Shown here piece after piece: positions 58,470 through 64,000 of a DNA stretch of 64,000 bases. This DNA comes from Bacteroidales bacterium (GTDB lineage: Bacteria > Bacteroidota > Bacteroidia > Bacteroidales > UBA932): NCBI GenBank assembly GCA_040766795.1, contig JAXGPW010000007.1:18769-82768 (forward strand), read 5' to 3'. The position numbers and the translations under genes are program-made. The stretch's first letter is position 1. Each line of letters begins with the position of its first letter. A model generated the notes under the pieces. It did not search any database, was not told the origin of the DNA, and was given only the letters and a program-made list of their open reading frames with translations.

Positions 58470-58973
58470 ATGGCAATCATAAGAGAATTAAACGGCATAA
58501 CCCCAAAAATAGGCAAGAGATGTTTTATCGCCGAGAATGCGGTCATAGTTGGGGATGTAGTCATTGGAGATGACTGTAGCATTTGGTATGGAGCGGTGCT
58601 ACGAGGAGATGTCAACCCCATAATAATAGGAGATAGAGTGAACATTCAGGATGGGGCGGTACTCCATACAACATATAAAGAGTCAATAGTCGAAATAGGT
58701 AATGATGTCTCGGTAGGACACAATGCCATCGTCCACGGGGCAAAGGTAGGTAATGATGTCCTCGTGGGTATGGGAGCAATCCTTATGGATAATGCCGTCA
58801 TTCCTGATAACACCATCATTGCCGCCGGAGCAGTAGTATTGACCAATCAAGTACTGGAATCCGGCATTTATGCCGGTATTCCTGCAAAGCTCATTAAGGA
58901 AGGTTCTGAAGCCATAAAAGCCACTGCACACGAAAATGCCAAAGGCTATATCACGTACAAAGAATGGTACTAA
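58470..58973 (+). CDS. gamma-class carbonic anhydrase-like / hexapeptide-repeat protein (YrdA/PaaY family)
   Basis: FIAENAVIVGDVVIGDDCSIWYGAVLRGDVNPIIIGDRVNIQDGAVLHT..VGHNAIVHG: left-handed beta-helix repeats. Confidence 0.85.
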   Translation: MAIIRELNGITPKIGKRCFIAENAVIVGDVVIGDDCSIWYGAVLRGDVNPIIIGDRVNIQDGAVLHTTYKESIVEIGNDVSVGHNAIVHGAKVGNDVLVGMGAILMDNAVIPDNTIIAAGAVVLTNQVLESGIYAGIPAKLIKEGSEAIKATAHENAKGYITYKEWY

Positions 58974-59425
58974 TTGGCTTTTTTGAGAATCACTGTCAGA
59001 GGGTTCTCTCTAATGACGTTTTCATAGTCCGTATGAATCGTCCATGTCATTGTCATACTTATCACCTTGCCCTCTTCGTCACGATTGCAGATACAGGTAT
59101 ATAGCGTTTTGCCACTATCCATATTTGTCAGAAGAATGGTATCATCATTCTCCTTTTTGACTTTGAGCAACTCGGTATCAATGACACTCAGACTATAAAG
59201 TCCCGTCATAACCCTGCACTGTGTGCCTGCTTCGGTAAATGTCACCAGTTTGGTCAATCCGGTGGTCTCGCCATTGATAAGATTAACGGTCTTGGATCCC
59301 ATCCAGTTTTCTCCCCCTATGATCTCTACTACCGTATGGGTTTCATTAAACCATTCGCAGGAGGTAATGCTTAAAGTGGCAAGTGAGAAGGATAATGCAA
59401 CGATAAGGCGGGATATAAGTCTCAT
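58970..59425 (-). CDS. small lipoprotein of unknown function (paralogue of 32259-32693)
   Basis: From MRLISRLIVALSFSLATLSITSC (lipobox). The core LVTFTEAGTQCRVMTGLYSLSVIDTELLKV aligns with LHFTENSKSCTVVTGLSFLTTVDVEDLVV. Confidence 0.55.
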   Translation of the reverse strand: MRLISRLIVALSFSLATLSITSCEWFNETHTVVEIIGGENWMGSKTVNLINGETTGLTKLVTFTEAGTQCRVMTGLYSLSVIDTELLKVKKENDDTILLTNMDSGKTLYTCICNRDEEGKVISMTMTWTIHTDYENVIRENPLTVILKKAN

Positions 59426-59502
59426 AACAATTGTTCTAAAGTCATCACAATATAGATGCAAAAAATGGCGATTTCGTTGCACAACATTCATAAATATCTA
59501 TC

Positions 59503-59868
59503 CTAGATTTGGAAAACATTGCGTAGAATCCACCAGGCGAAGAGCAGTGCTATTAAGATAAACAGGAATAGAGGAGAGTTGAAAAGAGTGTAGAGCCTGG
59601 GGTATGAGCTTTTGCGGCGTTCAAGAATCATCACTACAGCAATCAGCGGTATGGATGATACGAGCAATGCATTGTGACGAAATGCTCCGGCTATGTCTAA
59701 ATGGAGAAGATCGTGGATGGCTCTCTGCGCTCCACACCCCGGACAGGAATAGCCGGTCAGGGAGTAAAAGGGGCATTTTATAAAAATAGCGCTCTCAGGA
59801 TCAAGTACAAAAAACAATATCGCACCGCAAAGGCATAAAACGAGTATCAGAATCTTCTTTTTGGACAT
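59503..59868 (-). CDS. DUF2752 domain membrane protein
   Basis: CPFYSLTGYSCPGCGAQRAIHDLLHLD motif followed by TM helices. Confidence 0.7.
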   Translation of the reverse strand: MSKKKILILVLCLCGAILFFVLDPESAIFIKCPFYSLTGYSCPGCGAQRAIHDLLHLDIAGAFRHNALLVSSIPLIAVVMILERRKSSYPRLYTLFNSPLFLFILIALLFAWWILRNVFQI

Positions 59869-59881
59869 TATTTAAAGTCTC

Positions 59882-62666
59882 TTAAAAAAGAGTGAGTTCA
59901 CGCGGACCCTCATCCATAATAACCGGTTCAGGTACCGATATTGCCTTTTCCGGTGTGGTCGGCATATCTTTGTCGTTCCTCTCTAAATTGTCGTTTCTGT
60001 CGTTATAGTTTTCGTCGTCCTCTCCATTTTCCTGCTCTTCTATCGCTTCGGCATCCGATTTATCCAATGGTTCGACAAAACGGACCTGAAGTACGTCGTA
60101 AGGGGAGACTTTTCTACCTTTTGCCTTGTAACTTTTCTTTCCTATAAATTCTTCGACATCCACCAGTTCCGCTTTACGATTGGCATTCTTCCCCTTAAAG
60201 GTGATTTCCATCTGCGGCCAGGGATCTTCGCTGATTTCCAGCAGATGGGAGCCTTTGGATTCTGCAATAAAAGAGGCGGGGATATTGGCGTTTAGCTCGA
60301 AACTGAATCGTTTGATATAGGGAGATCCTGCAGCGTGGTCGTAGTATAGTACCGAGTAGGTTTTCTCTTCATCAAACTTTCCTATTGTCAATATATCTCC
60401 CTGGTACCTATTGCTAAGGTCGTAGGATGTGGTATAGAATGTGCCGTCCTTACAGATTACCAGAATACTTTCATCCTGGAAAAATTCTCCGAGGAATAGA
60501 CCGCGACCTGCATCGTTGAGGCGCTGTACGTCGGTGTCAAACCAGATTTCTTTGCCTCCGAGGGTAGAAACGCCCTTGGATTTGATGTTAATGCGGTGTA
60601 TAGTGTTATTTTTGGTTACAATATTGCCTCTGGAACTTCTACCTTTGATGGCAAGCTGCGAGAAGTCATAATCTTCGGAGAGTTTTTTGAGTTTGGGCCT
60701 CGGACGATAATAGATTCTGACAGTCTCTGCTTCACCATTGGGATTTGCGGTAAACCACACCACGCTAGATCCCTCTTTGCCCTGAGTCAGGTCGTACTCC
60801 TTGTCGCGGGTAATGCTTGTGACGGAAAATCTCTTCGCATAATAGGTGCCTCGCTTGCCATCACGGTAGATGGCATTGTATATGGTTCTTTCGTCCTTGC
60901 GGTTAAATACCGCAGCATGTATAATATCCTTGCCTACAAATGCCTTATCGCTAACTTTGGTTACCAAATAGGTGCCGTTTTTGAGGAAGACTATGATCTC
61001 CGCAATGTCAGAGCAGTCACAGATATATTCGGCATCCTCCATCTTTTTCTGGTCAATTCCGATAAAGCCTTCAGCTTTATTGGCGTAGAAAGTTTGCGCG
61101 TTGAGACAACCACTTTTCAGCCTGATTGTCTCAAAGGTGATGAGTTCGGTGCGGCGGATAATCCTTTCCGTATTTTTGAGCGGTCTGGAAGTACATTATA
61201 GTGTACTTTCGGTCAAATGTTCCAGGTGGTTCTTGACCTCCTCGATATTATTTTCGATTCCTAGAATCCTCTCCTCGGCAGCCTTGATGTCGAAACGGGA
61301 GATTTTCCTTACGGGTTTCTCCACAAGCTTATCAATGTCAGCGCCCGTTATTTCCCTCCGAAGGAGGTGCTGATACACTTTCATTCCGGCCTCGACATCG
61401 GCGAGTTGCTGCTCCCAGGTGGCAGCATCGTTCTCCAGAATTCTAAATACCTTCTTTTCGAAAAATATCTTTTCCAGAGAAGAGAAGTGGCAATCGTTTT
61501 CGAGCTCTTCAAGCTGGATCTGCAACTCTAGCCGGAAGAGGTCGCGGGTGTGCATTGCGTTGTACCTAAGTATCTCGTCCACGCCCATAAAGTGGGGTTT
61601 GCGGTCGTGGATTACGCAGGCATTGGGGGAGACGGAGACTTCGCAGTTGGTGAAGGCATATAGGGCATCTATAGTCTTGTCGGGCGAAATGTCATTCTGT
61701 AGTTGAATATTGATATCCACATTGTCTGCGGACATATCGTCCACCTTGCGGATCTTGATTTTACCCCTTTCGTTGGCTTTGATTATGGAGTCTATCAGGG
61801 GAATCGGTGGTTTGCCCGAATGGCAGTTCGGTGATGGAGAGAGTCCTCCTGTCCACCTTGACTATCTTTGCGCGGACTTTGATCCTACCGCCTCTCATGC
61901 CCCGGTTATATTTGAGCAATCAGCCAGACCTCCGGTCTGGAAATCGGGAGTATTTCAAAATCCTCATCCTTCAGTGCACTTATGCAGGCATCTATCAATT
62001 CATTGAAATTGTGTGGCAATATCTTGACTGCGAGTCCCACGGCAATACCCTCAGTACCTTGAGCCAGCAGCAGCGGAAATTTCATCGGTAGGGCTATCGG
62101 CTCCTCATTTGTACCGTCATAAGAGGGGACGTATTCTGTGATTTTAGGTTAAATGCCACCTCGAGTGCAAACTTGCTCAATCTTGCCTCGATATACCTCA
62201 TTGCGGCAGCAGGGTCTCCTGCAAAAATATTACCCCAGTTGCCCTGAGTGGAGATTAAATAATTCTTTTGCCCAAGTTGTACCAGCGCATCCTTGATGGA
62301 TGTGTCTCCGTGAGGATGGAGTTTCATCGTGTCGCCTACGATGCCCGCTACCTTATGGAAACGGCCATCATCGCTCTTCTTCATAGCGTGGAGAATGCGG
62401 CGTTGCACGGGCTTGAGTCCGTCATCAATATGGGGAACGGCTCTGTCGAGGATTACATACGAAGCATAATCCAGGAACCACTCACGGTACATTCCGGAGA
62501 GTTTATATTTGCTCTCTCCGCCCGCCATAACCTTATCAAATCTGTGGTCTTCCTCAACATCATCCTCTTCGACAATAATGTCCTGGTCGGATTCCTCGTC
62601 GGAATAGTTCTCTTCGGTCATCAGGAGATCATCCTCTTCTACAAAATCGTCTGTTTTATTTGCCAT
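59882..62666 (-). pseudogene. parC: DNA topoisomerase IV subunit A (type IIA, GyrA/ParC family); at least 4 frameshifts, densest in 61744-62094
   Basis: N-terminal ORF 62094-62666 (..AVPHIDDGLKPVQRRILHAM..GDTMKLHPHGDTSIKDALV..AAAMRYIEARL), a middle piece 61196-61744, and the C-terminal beta-pinwheel ORF 59882-61042 with an acidic tail. Confidence 0.8.
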
Positions 62667-62689
62667 ATATAGGGTGTCTCAATTATTTT

Positions 62690-63562
62690 TCAGTCGTTAA
62701 TATATCCAAAATTTCTCAATTTTCTTCTATCTTCCCTCCAGTCGGGTTCAACCTTGACGAAAAGCTGAAGGAAAACTTTTTTCTCAAAAAATCTTCCATG
62801 TCGATACGGGCTTGAGTGCCTGTCCTTTGAGAGCAGCCCCTTATTCCCTATGATGATGCCTTTCTGCGAATTTCGCATAACATTGATTACGGCACTGATG
62901 TCGTATCTCTCTTTGCCCTCCTTGAATTCCTCAATAACCACTTCCGTGCAGTAGGGGATTTCTTGCGAGTAATTTAATAAAATTTTCTCTCTTATGATTT
63001 CAGATGCAAAAACCCTCATGCTCTTATCTGTGAAGGTCTCTTTGTCATACCATGGCGGACTTACCGGAAGATGGGATAGAATTGTATCGAATAATTTTTC
63101 GAGATTAAATTTTTCGGTATGAAACGGGTATAATCTCAGCCTTTGAAGCTCTTTCCACTGGGACATCATCTCCACCACCTTTTCCTGAGTGCTTAGGTCT
63201 ATTTTATTTAGAACTACAATTACAGGACATTCGAGTTGGTTTAGCTTTTCTATATACGAAATATTCTTGTCTTTCTTTTCTACAACGTCAGTGACATATA
63301 GGATAATGTCGGCATCACCGATGGCAACATCCACAAAGTCCATCATGCTCTCCTGGAGCTTATAGTGTGGCTTGAGAATACCCGGAGTGTCGGAATAGAC
63401 TATCTGCCAATTATCTCCGTTTACAATTCCCATTATGCGGTGGCGAGTGGTCTGTGCCTTGGCAGTCACGATGGAAAGTTTCTCACCTACGAGGGCATTC
63501 ATAAGTGTGGACTTGCCCACATTGGGGTTGCCTATTATATTGACAAATCCGGATCTATGCAT
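62690..63562 (-). CDS. era: GTPase Era; the ORF is open but ~17 residues of the KH domain are out of frame (three compensating 1-nt deletions)
   Basis: G1 GNPNVGKSTL, G3 DTPG, G4 NKID. The expected ..KGAALKRTGTQARIDMEDFFEKKVF.. is only obtained by stepping through three frames at 62786-62840. Confidence 0.9.
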   Translation of the reverse strand: MHRSGFVNIIGNPNVGKSTLMNALVGEKLSIVTAKAQTTRHRIMGIVNGDNWQIVYSDTPGILKPHYKLQESMMDFVDVAIGDADIILYVTDVVEKKDKNISYIEKLNQLECPVIVVLNKIDLSTQEKVVEMMSQWKELQRLRLYPFHTEKFNLEKLFDTILSHLPVSPPWYDKETFTDKSMRVFASEIIREKILLNYSQEIPYCTEVVIEEFKEGKERYDISAVINVMRNSQKGIIIGNKGLLSKDRHSSPYRHGRFFEKKVFLQLFVKVEPDWREDRRKLRNFGYIND

Positions 63563-63587
63563 AATTGTCTGTTTTGTGCTGTTTCTC

Positions 63588-63623
63588 TTTGGCTGCTAAT
63601 GGCTAACGGCCAAAAGCCAAAAG
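63588..63623. repeat. periodic GCYAAN-type low-complexity motif (TTGGCTGCTAATGGCTAACGGCCAAAAGCCAAAAGC)
   Basis: Lies in the 65-nt gap between the rluB-like stop and the era start. Shares its words with 19839-19872. Confidence 0.6.
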
Positions 63624-63627
63624 CTAT

Positions 63628-64000
63628 TTAATTAAAGCTGCCCATTTTCAGATATGTTATTTCCTCCTCGGTCAAAAATCTCCATGCCCCCCGGCGAAGA
63701 TTATTTTTGGTAAGGCCGGCAAAATAGACTCTGTCAAGTTTTTTGATCTCATACCCCAGGTGCTCAAACATTCTTCGAACAATTCTATTTCGCCCTGAAT
63801 GTATCTCGATACCTACTTGCGACATATCATCATCCACATAGGAGAGGGAATCTGCATGTATTTCGCCATCCTCGAGTGTGATCCCCTTGAGGAGCGCATC
63901 GAAATCGGTTTTTTTGAGGCTTTGTCGAGGAATACATGGTATATCTCTTTACATTGTATGAAGGATGTGTCAGGCGTGCCGCCAAATCTCCATCATTTGT
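63628..64000 (-). pseudogene. RluB/RsuA-family pseudouridine synthase, C-terminal part (5' end outside the window); frameshift(s) near 63935-63950
   Basis: ..TNDGDLAARLTHPSYNVKK / ..FLDKASKKTDFDALLKGITLEDGEIHADSLSYVDDDMSQVGIEIHSGRNRIVRRMFEHLGYEIKKLDRVYFAGLTKNNLRRGAWRFLTEEEI. Confidence 0.75.

Overview
Housekeeping chromosomal segment from a Bacteroidota (Bacteroidales-like) genome. The lineage call rests on rRNA signatures, the rpmB-rpmG-DUF4295 and thrS-infC-rpmI-rplT clusters, DUF1573/DUF4199 genes, and recurrent TAnnTTTG (-7) promoter motifs. I recognise about 60 genes: replication (dnaN, ssb, recJ, parC), transcription (rpoD, tex), translation (argS, lysS, thrS, infC, L20/L28/L33/L35, era, mnmA), secretion (secA, lepB), envelope enzymes, peptidases, transporters, an SRP RNA and one rRNA locus. 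I found no transposase, integrase, CRISPR array, toxin-antitoxin pair or defence-type cluster, and no convincing novel multi-gene system. Four things stand out. (1) About half the genes, including essential single-copy ones, are broken by 1-nt indels. Where the expected sequence can be inferred, the lesion is a missing base in a homopolymer. Two open ORFs (ssb, era) hide triple compensating deletions. This points to deletion-biased assembly error rather than gene decay, so pseudogene below means interrupted as assembled. The lesions are very patchy: about 6 kb is clean, while other stretches are shredded. (2) The rRNA locus is abnormal. The 16S gene stops near E. coli position 1320 and is fused, with a few bases of microhomology, to an inverted 5' fragment of an OPT-family transporter gene. 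The usual tRNA-Ile/tRNA-Ala spacer is absent. The 23S-5S pair is preceded by its own rrn-like promoter/leader. (3) Upstream of a ClC channel gene lies an almost C-free composite array of heptamer repeats. A related GCYAAN-type periodic motif lies there and again near era. (4) Two small lipoproteins 26 kb apart are distant paralogues. All coordinates of interrupted genes are approximate.
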